From Laetmonice hystrix (taxonomy: Eukaryota): DNA of 64,000 nt. Below the pieces are notes generated by a model. That model did not search any database. It saw only the letters and a list, made by a program, of their open reading frames with translations, and was not told where the DNA came from. Positions 38,545 to 51,200 of this stretch are shown in pieces. Numbering within the stretch: position 1 is the stretch's first letter; each line of letters begins with the position of its first letter. The stretch is from NCBI GenBank assembly GCA_965235115.1, contig OZ249441.1, positions 17,732,001-17,796,000 of the forward strand, in the 5' to 3' direction. The position numbers and the translations under genes are program-made.

Positions 38545-40086
38545 CTGTGAAAGTGACAGTGCGCCAAAGATCATCATCATTTGTTCATGTTGCTGTGTTA
38601 GCATGACATGTATTGTCACGTGCTGCGCACACCCAACCCGGCACTGTATTATAGCTTTCCGCGCCCTGTAGAAACTCGGGGTATTGGTGAGATATCAGGT
38701 TTTGACACTTCACAAGATTTGTCAATCGGAAGGGTTTCATTACCACTAAGTCAGCACTTCAGTTTGGCATCTCTGATTAATTGTGCCCCTAACACCGTTC
38801 ATGTTCCTGGCAGTTACTTTAGAATAAATTAAGTAACTTGCCCCCAGGTATCACCAAGAACCTGGCATGGTCAGAAAGGATGGTTGAAATCATTTTTCGT
38901 CGGGTGTTCCTTTATTCTGTATCATTTTGACACGGTCAAGGAGAACCTGTTCGAGATCAGTATAATATAAAGAGTAACAAAATTGTTTGAATTCCTTTTA
39001 AAGGGAGTGCGCGAACCACATCAGAAAACAGTGAGATTCAAAGTAATTTGGCGGATTTCTTTTTTCTTGCAAGGCCACAAAAGTTGTACTAAGTTTAGCG
39101 TCACCGCGCGGTATTTTTTGTCTGAGACACCGGATGTTGTTTGAGTATGTAGCCCTTTGATTCCTCGATAGTATTCAAATAATTCCAGTATGTCATGCAC
39201 ACATGTTATAAATAAAAAAAAGTCCTGATAAATTAATGTTACATGAATATAAAAGTCTTGAGAACACAGAGACCATCTGGTACATCATCTTGTGCCCCGC
39301 ACGCTAAAATCTACCAAAAACCAAAAACCAAATCTCTTCATACATTTTGTAAAACCTAACATTGGTTATAACTTTTTCTGGTCGAAAGTTGACAAATTGT
39401 GATTCAGGATCCATAAACTTATTTAAATGCTAAGAAACCTCCGCCTCCTCAAAACTGAGATAACTAGCTGCATGATTATCGTTGTTACTTTGACATCACC
39501 TTTTTCCCGCATATTATTATTCCTCAGTCCCATACATCAACATGTACACCAGAAGTATACGAACACTGAGAATTATATTTAGGGTACAGGGCATTATTAG
39601 ATAGAAAAAGATACCATATAGGCCTACAATATGATATTTGTTTAATTCGGGAAGTAAGTTTTTTTTCTTGGTGGTTGAATATAGTGACATGATTAACATG
39701 TCAGGCCGACTCATGCATGCTGAGACATCACAGCATGCATGTGACCAGACGTGGTGTTAAGGTCAGGGCGCGCCAAGTACATAATTACAAACGTGGGGAT
39801 ATTTATCTTCGTCCGGGCTAGCCGTCGTAAGGATACAACCCTGCTCACCTGGCCTGTATATAGCTTTTATATAGGTGCAACAAAAGGGGCAACAATGGCA
39901 TGTTCAGCCGTAAAAGACGGTAATATTTGAGATGATAATGTCTACGTCGGCATCGTGTATTATTGTCTGAAGATATCTCTAAAGTTATACCGCGATATTA
40001 TAATGTGGATGTTCTAATAATAGGAGCCTGGAGTGAATGAGTATACACAATGTAAGCTTCCTTTCCACAAATAAAGTTCAGTCTCA

Positions 40087-40451
40087 TTGAAGATCCTAAT
40101 TCTGGTCGCTATGATTATAATATATTTGTATAATACAACTTGTAAGGTTTAACTTTTGTTGAAGATCTTAATTTTGGTCGCTATGATTATAATATATTTG
40201 TGTAATACAACTTGTAAGGTTTAACTTTTGTTGAAGATCTTAATTTTGGTCGCTATGATTATCATATATTTGTATAATACAACTTGTAAGGTTTAACTTT
40301 TGTTGAAGATCCTAATTCTGGTCGCTATGATTATAATACATTTGTATAATACAACTTGTAAGGTTTAACTTTTGTTGAAGATCTTAATTCTGGTCGCTAT
40401 GATTATCATATATTTGTATAATACAACCTGTAAGGTTTAACTTTTGTTGAA
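40087..40451. repeat. AT-rich minisatellite, 72-bp unit, 5 copies
   Basis: TTGAAGATC starts at 40087, 40159 and onward. Confidence 0.95.
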
Positions 40452-41023
40452 CTTTGATGACCTTTCTATCTTCGAAATAACACGCCACAATAGTTATTCT
40501 GACGGCCAGTATGGTTGCCTTCTTACATAGTTCAAGTGACGAACGTCCGAGAACCTTTGACCTCTAGATGTGGTTAGACGATGTCTGCACATTGAGAAGT
40601 CGCAAGGTCAATGTCATCTAATAAAGGCTAGCACTAATTGTATTCCTCCCTTGTTGCACACGGACAGACCTTGGTGTGAGTGAACACTGGACATCACTGG
40701 AAGCAATTTCCCCAAACACCATCGATTTCCTATTTGAAAGGACGTGAAGTAGGAGAACGACCACCTGATGTTGTTAGGTCTGTTACAGGTCTGCCGTTTC
40801 CCTGGGAGAGAATGTAGAGAAACTACAGTGGGCAGCCATTGCGGCTTGTTTCCTTTGGAGACATAATTGCCGTGTCAGAAGGTAGCGTAGCTGCAGCCAT
40901 GCTGACAGTAGTGGAACATATTGGTGGCCATGTGGCGGGGGACCGGGGAAACAATGGGAGGACAATGATGAGGCTAGGAGGGAGGCTTCCTCAGCCAGCC
41001 ATCCGACCAGCCAGTCAGCCAGC

Positions 41024-41152
41024 NNNNNNNNNNNNNNNNNNNNNNNNNNNNNNNNNNNNNNNNNNNNNNNNNNNNNNNNNNNNNNNNNNNNNNNNNNNNN
41101 NNNNNNNNNNNNNNNNNNNNNNNNNNNNNNNNNNNNNNNNNNNNNNNNNNNN
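41024..41152. other. Assembly gap (129 N)
   Basis: Run of N, preceded by a (CAGC)-like simple repeat. Confidence 0.99.
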
Positions 41153-41877
41153 CAGTGGTGCCCCTACCTGAGCACGCAGCCTTCTCGGCAGAGATGGCCT
41201 GGCCGTCTGATACTTGCAATGTGTGAGGACCTCTTGAGATTCAGAACTCCTCTGCTAGTATACTCACCTGTATGTTAAACAACGCTAACGTCCCTATAGC
41301 ACGGACTGGAGGGGAATGGATTTCAGATCACCAGCTTGGCGGTGCGCAATCAGAGATACACCTAGTAATGAAGGTATCCACCGCGGCGAGGGACAAGTGA
41401 AAGAAATAGAAACGTTTAGAATGACGTGTCCAGTTCCCTCTTGCAATAACGAGAAACATACACTAGTTAATGGACGAGCTTATGACATGCAGACAGGAGA
41501 TTCGGAAGAAGAATTTTACAGAAAGAGTATCTAGAGATACCTGTTCCTTTGATGTCTTTATTAATTCGTGTGAACGACAAGGGGAGGGTCTGTATATGAG
41601 ATGGGGAGGGCGACATTTGTTTTTTTTTTATATACGGTCACATTTGTAAAGGGGTGTAATTTATTCTGTGTTCTCAAGAGTTGCCTTCCTGAAGCCATAA
41701 ACATCATGCTTGTAAGATTCGTTGCGATTGTGACAAACATTTCATGTGATCTTTTGTTTTCTTGTTAACATTGTAATTTATCATGACAGGGGTGATCTAA
41801 GGTGAAAGTGAACGAAAGTTTAATTTTTCAGGGTATAGCATCATATTTGACCTGAGCTTTGTTGTGATGACTACTGT

Positions 41878-42722
41878 TCAATTAACCATTCTTGTGCGAT
41901 TTTTTATGCGACGATGCAAATTCTTGCTGCTTGATTCGCCCATAAACAATTTCCATAAAATCGATTCATCTTGTTCGTGGTGATGTGATCTTGACAGGGG
42001 CATGCGCGGTACAAGGGAGGATGCAGGTGACAAATTGGGCTGATGTAGAGAACTTTGAACCAGAGCAGTAAAACAAGACCGCCTTGTGTCAAGTTCTTGG
42101 AACAAACGTTTAAAAGTTGCTTTTAAAAGATTCGCTCTGTTTTCAAAGCCATCATTGTTGAGAGGTAGCATGTGTAGTGGCTCCAGTCTTTGTCTCTATT
42201 ATGTTGCTGATGCAACAGGCCTTGGTGGTTGAAGAGGTTGCTGACAGGTTCCGCCCCACCTGCTCACCAAATCATTTGCATGTGTTCACCATCCCTTGCC
42301 TAATTTGACTTTCTTGTCGAGCAGCTTTCCCTTGTCAATGAACGTCTTCGCTGACATTCTCGCTACTTTTTCAAAACGCCAGCAAAACCCTCGCTGATTT
42401 CCGTGTCATTCGCCAGTACGTCAAGCTCCAATGATGACTTTTTGACTCAGTAATTTGGCCAACACAAGAAGCTGGGCTGGCCAACATAAACACCATTATG
42501 TCTGTCACGCCTTCTTTGTCTGTCGCATGGAAGATGATGCAACCCAACCGCCAACCCAAATGTCCTAACCCCGTAGGGGGCCTGAGCGTGACAGAACAAC
42601 TGAGGAGCGCAAAAAAGGGGATAAATATGGCAGACACGATTTTCATCATGTCTGCTTGCACAAAGGTGTCTAATACATTGTCGGATATCTCGTCTGGTAT
42701 CAATTTGCTATTATACTCGTAA
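41878..42722 (-). pseudogene. Possible decayed coding sequence (transposon or gene relic), family unknown
   Basis: Protein-like peptides in successive minus frames (IPDEISDNVLDTFVQ; SLELDVLANDTEISEGF; KTFIDKGKLLDKKVKL; FENRANLLKATFKRLFQELD), broken by stops and frameshifts. Confidence 0.2.
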
Positions 42723-43771
42723 TGGAATTAAGTAGCTAATGTACAAGCATCGCGTGCTAGCGATCAGTGCTTAAGTGTAACTACGGCCTGCCATAGCAAT
42801 GGTGACAATAGCCTCAAATGTACTTGAGGCAAAGATAAGAAACTCAGCGCTGGATACAGAAAGGATTCCCTTGTTGCATGTCTCAGCACAATCTTTGCCT
42901 GATCCCAACCCTAATCTATGGAAGTTCATCCATTAGCCTGTAAATTTTAGTTTAGACTTATTTATATTTGCCCCGGCCATGGTTAAAATGACCAGTAAGT
43001 TCCGGGTAGATTTGGTGAGGGGAAGGTTGGCCGTATTTGGGTGTTTCACGTTGTTCAACAGGTCCACCCAGGAGGCTGCTGGTCCCCCGGAGATGAGGGT
43101 TTGGTCCCCACACCCGAAGGTGCCAGGATGTCCCACCCTCTCCGGGTTCGTCCTCACCCCCTAACAACTACTCTACCTAACGGTCACACCTCACCATCAC
43201 ACCAACCAACCCTACTCCCACACCCACGCAGTCACCAGTACTTTTTTTCAAAAATGGACAGACTGTGGTTTGAATGAGAAGCCAAGAGGGCACTTAACAG
43301 AACGTAACAGAGCCCTTGCTGGCTGGCCGTTAGGGATCATTGTGTAACGATGTATAGGGGCGGCCATGGCGAGGACCTGTAGATGAAGTAATGTGACTGT
43401 TTTAATCAAAGTTTCCTGCATGCCATCTTATATGTTGAAAGCCAGATGAAAGTTGCTGTTTGTCCTTCGTGCCGTTGCCCTATACGGTAAACCCCAGTGT
43501 CTCTCACAGTCAATCCTGACCCCGACTTGGCATACCTGCCTGCAGGTGGTCACTTTACACAAGGGATGCAATGCCTCGGGAATCTTGCGGAAATCCTGCT
43601 AAAGTAGCCAAGCGAGACCTGAGGGCTAATGGCCGGCTTGGAGGATGAGTGCTTGTCGTGTTGAAGAGGCAGGCTCTCCTCGGTAGGCACGAGTCACCAG
43701 ACGTGTTGGTTGTATTCTCGTTCGGTCTCCTGCCTGACATATGGGCCGCGACAAAAGATCAAACACTTCAG

Positions 43772-44012
43772 GGCCCGGTTTCTTGGTGGAGCTTGAGCTG
43801 AAATTCTTGGCTCAAGCTCAAGGATTTGGAGCTTGAGCCAAGGATTCTCGGCTCAAGCTCAAATTTGGGTTTCACAGTCAGACGGCCGTTGAGCTTGAGC
43901 TTGAGCTGGGACATGACTGGCTTGAGCTTGAGCCGAGAATCCTTGGCTCAAGCTCCAAATCCTTGAGCTTGAGCCAAGAATTTCAGCTCAAGCTCCACCA
44001 AGAAACCGGGCC
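43772..44012. mobile_element. 241-bp PIF/Harbinger-like MITE with perfect 91-bp TIRs and CAG TSD
   Basis: 43772-43862 is the exact reverse complement of 43922-44012. GGCCC termini. CAG at 43769-43771 and 44013-44015. Confidence 0.85.
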
Positions 44013-44239
44013 CAGGCCACTGGTTGGCACTTGGTCCTGACGCTTGGCGTGGTTCGGAGTTCTCTCGCTTCACCAACAGTTTCAGTCAGGACATGAGCCT
44101 TGCTTATCGACAGAAGCTGCCGAGCATGGCAGGGCTGAAACAGAGATCTTGACTAACAATCCGGGTTGATATCAGAATGTATTCACACCCATGGATTGGT
44201 GAGACGTCGGATAAAGATTTCATCATCTCTTGGTGGGTT

Positions 44240-44901
44240 ACACCTCACCATCACAGGCCTAAAACATAGCTCTACAAATCACACCTCACCATCACAGGCC
44301 TAAAACATAGCTCTACAAATAACACCTCACCATCACAGGCCTAAAACATAGCTCTACAAATCACACCTCACCATCACAGGCCTAAAACATAGCTCTACAA
44401 ATCACACCTCACTATCACAGGCCTAAAACATAGCTCTACAAATCACACCTCACCATCACAGGCCTAAAACATAGCTCTACAAATCACACCTCACCATCAC
44501 AGGCCTAAAACATAGCTCCACAAATCACACCTCACCATCACAGGCCTAAAACATAGCTGTACAAATCACACCTCACCATCACAGGCCCAAAACATAGCTC
44601 TACAAATCACACCTCACCATCACAGGCCTAAAACATAGCTATACAAATCACACCTCACCATCACAGGCCCAAAACTTAGCTCTACAAATCACACCTCACC
44701 ATCACAGGCCTAAAACATAGCTCTACAAATCACACCTCACCATCACAGGCCCAAAACTTAGCTCTACAAATCACACCTCACAATCACAGGCCTAAAACAT
44801 AGCTCTACAAATCACACCTCACCATCACAGGCCTAAAACTTAGCTCTACAAATCACACCTCACAATCACAGGCCTAAAACATAGCTCTACAAATCACACC
44901 T
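44240..44901. repeat. Minisatellite, 41-bp unit, ~16 copies
   Basis: Unit CACACCTCACCATCACAGGCCTAAAACATAGCTCTACAAAT. Confidence 0.97.
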
Positions 44902-46051
44902 GGACAGGAAACTCGCTGAGCGTGGCGATTGACACTGTTGTATGTTGTATGGGCGAGTTAAACCATTGCATAAATACATCATATAATGTGATCATATTAG
45001 GTGGTCCTATTCGGGAAGTCCCCTGTTATTTTGACGGTTCTATGCAAGCGAGCACTTCGGGAGAAAAAAGCTTCTATTGCATAATAAAATTCTCTTTGTT
45101 GGATCTGCATGTTAATGCAGCAGAACCCCCTTTTATAGATAGGTATGTCATGTCTCTTGGTCTCTCTGTGTGTTTTCTGACCGATTAATGTTTGACTACA
45201 TTTCTCTGATGGCTGTTACAAGTGATGTTAGACCGTCAACAATCACGTGGTATTCTACAGTACCCTTGTATAATACATACAGAATTACGACACTCTTATT
45301 AGGATACTTTGATGGTGCAGCATCCAGTTTAAAATGATGTGTTAGTTTGGGACCAACAATTCCAGCCATAGTTACACGCGGTGAGCGGCGCCCTGTCTGG
45401 CCGGGTGGGGGCACCTCAAGCCTTGTTACGTTGTGATCCAGGTATGAAGGAACATTACCCAACCTGTGTGCTCTTGTCATCATCAGTGAGTCCGTTATGT
45501 CCAGTTATGTCCACTTAGACGTCTCACAAAGGGCACTGGTCAGGACGTGAGTTTCCCATGTCCCCGCCGGCTTTCGATCACTCACAACAGGCGGCCGAGG
45601 TGTGGTGGTATGTGTTATCGTGGCAGATAGTTCGCAGGTCTCAGCGCCTTCAGCTAGCTTTGCCGCTTATGTTGGAAACATTAGCACTGGTAGAGATTAG
45701 AACCGTTAGCTAAATTTGGTTTAAGTACGTTTTATTTTATTATGTTTTAAGGTTCGCAGCTCTGACAGTCCATAAAGGTATCTGAAAGTAGCAGTAATTT
45801 GAAACTGAAAAGTTGTGACTGCAATAAGGAACCCAAGTCTTCGTCCATCAAGTGTAGCCTTATACCATACACTTTATCTATCAGATAGTATTGACAAAAA
45901 CAAAGAAGTTCTCAGGGGTGTCCTCTGGTATATTAACACATTATGGAGAATACGTACGGCTCCATTTTGTCTGACGTGCAGACAGAAGGGTGAGGAGGCT
46001 CAGGTGGGTTTACCTACGACGGTCACCATAGTTACCGACCCTCTTATACAG

Positions 46052-46328
46052 GATCCAGTTGCCTAACCACGGAACAAGCCCACTTCCTCCCGTGCCTGAG
46101 TATGGCGGCCAAGGACAATCTGAGAACAATAACGTCGGCCACAGAGGCCTGCAGGCCAGAGAGGATGTAGCGAGAACCAACTCTTGTGCAATATTGTCAG
46201 AGCTCTGTCTGTGTTTGCCCGGCCCCCTCCAGACATTCACCACTTTGTTGAGGCTGACACAAAGAAAGGGGGACCGGCGTAAAAATGGATTTCGGAGCGC
46301 CTCCATTGATGACGTTACAGGGAGTTGA
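46052..46328 (+). CDS. Candidate terminal exon (IQLPNHGTSPLPPVPEYGGQG...RKNGFRSASIDDVTGS*)
   Basis: CCCTCTTATACAG acceptor followed by ~91 open codons to TGA. No recognised homology. Confidence 0.25.
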
Positions 46329-47587
46329 ATGACGTTGCAGAGGTGGCATTGTGATGTAATGGGGGTATCCAGGGGGCGTTGTTTACCCCGCTGAAGAGAA
46401 GAGGGTGTATGGGCCCTTGGAAATAAATGGAGAATTTTTATACCTTCACTGTAACAGCGGCTTTGTTTTTCTATGGTTTTCTATCCAGAGGGTGTACGTC
46501 TGTCTATAGACTGTAACGTCAAGCTGTCAGGACGGACGGCCGAATGAAAGAAAGCTACACTGGAAAGAAAACAAAATTTGTAGTTGAATAACAGGAAACC
46601 GTATCATTTAAACATTATGTAGCCTTAGGTAAACTATGAGAGAAAGTGGATTGAAATTTTTTATATTCAAGCTGGCTGTTTTGGGGCGTCTTTGGCGTCC
46701 TAAGGAAGAGTATTTTAAACTCAGTCAAAGGAGGTCAAATAAATAAATTGTTTGCATTCTTTGACTTAATTCCTCCTGATCTGAACAAAGGTTTGATTTC
46801 CAACTAAGCAGTGATCTAAAGGTTGCTGCACGTTTCTTGCAGGTTTATGTACGGGTATTTTGGTGAATTAGATCAGTTGTGAATGAATGAACCCCTAAAG
46901 GTGAAACGCAGAATTATTCAGAATACATGTAGTACGTGACTCTAGCCAACTGCTGCAGTAGTTCTGTCTGACACACAAAGAACCCATACCTATAGATCTC
47001 AGAATACATGTAGTACGTGACTCTAGCCAACTGCTGTAGTAGTTCTGTCTGACACACAAAGAACCCATACCTATAGATCTCAGAATACATGTAGTACGTG
47101 ACTCTAGCCAACTGCTGTAGTAGTTCTGTCTGACACACAACCCATACCTATAGATCTCAGAATACATGTAGTACGTGACTCTAGCCAACTGCTGTAGTAG
47201 TTCTGTCTGACACACAAAGAACCCATACCTATAGATCTCAGAATACATGTAGTACGTGACTCTAGCCAACTGCTGTAGTAGTTCTGTCTGACACACAAAG
47301 AACCCATACCTATAGATCTCAGAATACATGTAGTACGTGACGCTAGCCAACTGCTGTGGTAGTTCTGTCTGACACACAAAGAACCCATACCTAAAGATCT
47401 CAGAATACATGTAGTACGTGACTCTAGCCAACTGCTGTAGTAGTTCTGTCTGACACACAACCCATACGATCTCAGAATACATGTAGTACGTGACTCTAGC
47501 CAACTGCTGTATTTTTCTTTTGAAATGCACGGGCATCAGGGGTAACCCAATTACTTTGACAATGTCCCTAAAGAGAAAAGTTGTATA

Positions 47588-47681
47588 GTCCTCTACAGGA
47601 ATCGAACCCAGGCCCTAAGATTACTGCACCCATTCGCATAGCATAAGGTGTCGACACCCATGCCCACAAGGCCACCGCCAC
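47588..47681 (-). mobile_element. tRNA-derived SINE-like head or tRNA pseudogene, copy 1
   Basis: B box GGTTCGATTCC (47598-47608) and A-box-like TGGCCTTGTGG (47664-47674), with T-runs downstream. Acceptor stem does not pair, so it is not a functional tRNA. Confidence 0.6.
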
Positions 47682-47921
47682 TCCCCTAAAAAAGGAGCTT
47701 TGGTGGTCGAGCAGGATAATGGACCCTCCCCCCTACACACATCTTTTTGAAATGAGACGGAATCCATATTTTCCTAGTTAGAGCTACACATGATTTCTAC
47801 CGAACATTGACTGTTAAGGTAATCCTGGCACTGGCGTAGACTGTATTTTTCTTTTGAAATGCACGGGCATCAGGGGTAACCCAATTACTTTGACAATGTC
47901 CCTAAAGAGAAAAGTTGTATA

Positions 47922-48015
47922 GTCCTCTACAGGAATCGAACCCAGGCCCTAAGATTACTGCACCCATTCGCATAGCATAAGGTGTCGACACCCATGCCCA
48001 CAAGGCCACCGCCAC
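47922..48015 (-). mobile_element. tRNA-derived SINE-like head or tRNA pseudogene, copy 2
   Basis: Same sequence as copy 1, shifted by 334 bp. Confidence 0.6.
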
Positions 48016-51000
48016 TCCCCTAAAAAAGGAGCTTTGGTGGTCGAGCAGGATAATGGACCCTCCCCCCTACACACATCTTTTTGAAATGAGACGGAATCCA
48101 TATTTTCCTAGTTAGAGCTACACATGATTTCTACCGAACATTGACTGTTAAGGTAATCCTGGCACTGGCGTAGACTGTATTTTTCTTTTGAAATGCACGG
48201 GCATCAGGGGTAACCCAATTACTTTGACAATGTCCCTAAAGAGAAAAGTTGTATAGTCCTCTGTAGTTCTGTCTGACACACAAAGAACCCATACCTATAG
48301 ATCTCAGAATACATGTAGTACGTGACTCTAGCCAACTGCTGTAGTAGTTCTGTCTGGCACACAACCCATACCTATAGATCTCAGAATACATGTAGTACGT
48401 GACTCTAGCCAACTGCTGTAGTAGTTCTGTCTGACACACAAAGAACCCATACCTATAGATCTCAGAATACATGTAGTACGTGACTCCAGCCAACTGCTGT
48501 AGCAGTTCTGTCTGACACACAAAGAACCCATACCTATAGATCTCAGAATACATGTAGTACGTGACTCTAGCCAACTGCTGTAGTAGTTCTGTCTGACACA
48601 CAAAGAACCCATACCTAAAGATCTCAAAATACATGTAGTACGTGACTCTAGCCAACTGCTGTAGTAGTTCTGTCTGACACACAAAGAACCCATACCTAAA
48701 GATCTCAGAATACATGTAGTACGTGACTCTAGGCTAGCCAACTGCTGTAGTAGTTCTGTCTGAACGTAACTCTAGCCAACTGCTGTAGTAGTTCTGTCTG
48801 ACACACAAAGAACCCATACCTATAGATCTCAGAATACATGTAGTACGTGACTCTAGCCAACTGCTGTAGTAGTTCTGTCTGACACACAAAGAACCCATAC
48901 CTAAAGATCTCAGAATACATGCATGTAGTACGTGACTCTAGGCTAGCCAACTGCTGTAGTAGTTCTGTCTGAACGTAACTCTAGCCAACTGCTGTAGTAG
49001 TTCTGTCTGACACACAAAGAACCCATATACCCATGTAGATCTCCAGACTTGAACCGATGGGCGACCTGCCAGCAGCATTCAGTGTTTAATCACGATATAC
49101 TTAATTTGGAGTCAGCAAATGAAAGTCAGACCCAAGTGGTACCATTTCCTCTTGATAAGACTCGAGTGTACATAAATTTACATACATTAACAGGACCATC
49201 CCATATTATACAGACTATAGATACAGACTATCGGCGGTCAGGGCAGCGGTCAACACTTGTCAATCACCACGTCAATATGACGATATAGAAAATAGGCGAA
49301 TTTTATTCTGAATTAAATACAACACGATCTAAATAAATAGACGAATATAATATGATGACTATGAATATAACGTATCCACATGAAACCAATAGGAGATGAT
49401 AACTCGGTGGCTTTAAGAGGGAGTTTGACATTTAGAAAAGGTTTGACTGCCTCCGTTGTATAGTCTAGTGGCTTGTCGCTTCCCTCTCCTTATCGAGCGT
49501 GCAGGACGTACGGACTGTATTCAGGACAAGGTCGCAAATCTTCAGTTGGTATCCAGAGTCAAATTGATTTTTTTTATATACTAGGGTATGACGTAAAGAA
49601 GTGTATTGGCCGGAAATTATTCAGATTAATTTTAGAAAATATGAAAGCACTATAACGGATAGAGAATTGATGGTACATTCTATAATCGTACTTGATTAAA
49701 TCACTACTGTTATAAGGTCTAGCAGGATGTGATATGATAACTATACCTGGCCGTAAATCTGGATTAACATGCCAAGCGATCTGATTTTCTGAGACTCCCA
49801 TAACATTGTGTTACGGTGGTCATTTCTCTGGTATAGACTGACCCCATGTTATTGTTTAAGGTGCGACTATATATATACACACACACAGGTAACAGACGCC
49901 TGTAGACGTCCTGTCTCGAGGGTGTAGATTTAGGTAAGTATGGGGATTGGCAGGATATATCATGTGTGTGGGCGGTGGGGGTCCCAGCAGTGTAGAGATA
50001 TGAACTAAATAATGTATACGAGTTTGTACCGGTGTGGGCCTTGGCTGCCATATAATTCAGAAATCAACTCCTGATAGGAAAGCTATTGTGTTTTATTGGG
50101 AAAAGAAATCGCAATTTTACTATAAATTAACAAGATATATTAATGAACTGAAGCATAACTGCCTGGTTGCCAACCGTCCCTGCCAATCACTGCTACATTT
50201 ACTGGAGGATTCTAGGCATGTGTCCCTGATCGACAAGACATTAGACCTTGTTGACGGCAATCAGGATTTGATCTCTACTGTCACCATCCCTTTATCTATC
50301 CATCCACGGATCCCAGGAAAGCCTTGGATACAGACCTCGCGGGAGTGTATATGAATAAGTAGGCCAAAGTCGGATCTGAGTTGGCGTTGAGTTTAACAAG
50401 GCAATGAGAATGTCAAGTGGTGGGGGAGTGATGGATGGGGGTGGGTAGGAGGGATTAAAGTCACTTGGTCGCGCCGTGGAGACCACCTCCCTCTACCTCT
50501 CCTTCACCCAGTTTGATTTTATGTAAACCATCGAGTCTTAATTTGAGTATGATAAATATGATATTTACAACATTTTCTTTCCAACAAGTTCAGAGGAAGA
50601 ACCTACCAACTTGTCGTGAATCTGGGTTGGGTTACCTGTGATTAGTTCACGTGCATGTATAGTTGTTGCATGACAGCGTTAGTAGAGGCCGCGAACTTCA
50701 AGCACAGCGATGTCCGATTAGGTGAATAGGTTGCCACCAATTATCACACCCAACTATTCACCATTTCGACCAATTCCATATTGTCTGTTGGAAACATCTT
50801 TGTCGCTAACAGAGATCGCATGTATGTATTTGTGGAAGTCGAGATGTTGATGGAATGTGCTATGTCTACACTGAAGTTTAGCACGTTTACAGCTATACTT
50901 TGAGTGTCTAATGGGTGAACTACAAAGGCTATGTACCGGTATTCATAACCCGGGGGCGAAGCTGATGTAGGGGCTACCTTTGCATGACGATATCTGGGCA

Positions 51001-51170
51001 TCATTTCTAGGTTCCCAGCAGGTGCTAGAATATGTCTATGAAGCCCACCCGGAACCATTGTCTACCGGGTATTTAATGTCACCTTTCCGACTCTATGTTG
51101 TAAGGTTTGTATGCAGTAAATAGGACTGAGGCTTTTCATCGTGGCCGGCATCTCCAGCATCTGACGTGAT

Positions 51171-51200
51171 ATGACGTCACGTGACGTCACGTGACGTCAT
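51171..51200. promoter_or_regulatory. Perfect 30-bp palindrome of three CRE sites (TGACGTCA) overlapping two E-boxes (CACGTG)
   Basis: ATGACGTCACGTGACGTCACGTGACGTCAT. Additional half-CRE sites at ~51162 and ~51223. Confidence 0.55.

Larger units (their letters stand above)
47507..48262. repeat. 2.26 tandem copies of a 334-bp unit containing a tRNA-derived head
   Basis: CTGTATTTTTCTTTTGAAATGC starts at 47507, 47841 and 48175. The copies look identical by eye. Confidence 0.93.
46918..49027. repeat. Minisatellite, 81-bp unit, ~17 copies, split by the insertion at 47507-48262
   Basis: Unit AGATCTCAGAATACATGTAGTACGTGACTCTAGCCAACTGCTGTAGTAGTTCTGTCTGACACACAAAGAACCCATACCTAT on both sides of the insert. 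Confidence 0.96.

Noticed and set aside
40839-41219. ORFs spanning the N run
   Set aside because: They are open only because of ambiguous bases.
47588-48015. Functional (intron-containing) tRNA genes
   Set aside because: The acceptor and T stems do not pair and no convincing anticodon arm is present, so only the promoter boxes are retained.
18562-48950. Repetitive ORFs in the 60-, 39- and 81-bp arrays
   Set aside because: Unit lengths divisible by 3 leave open frames by chance, often on both strands at once.
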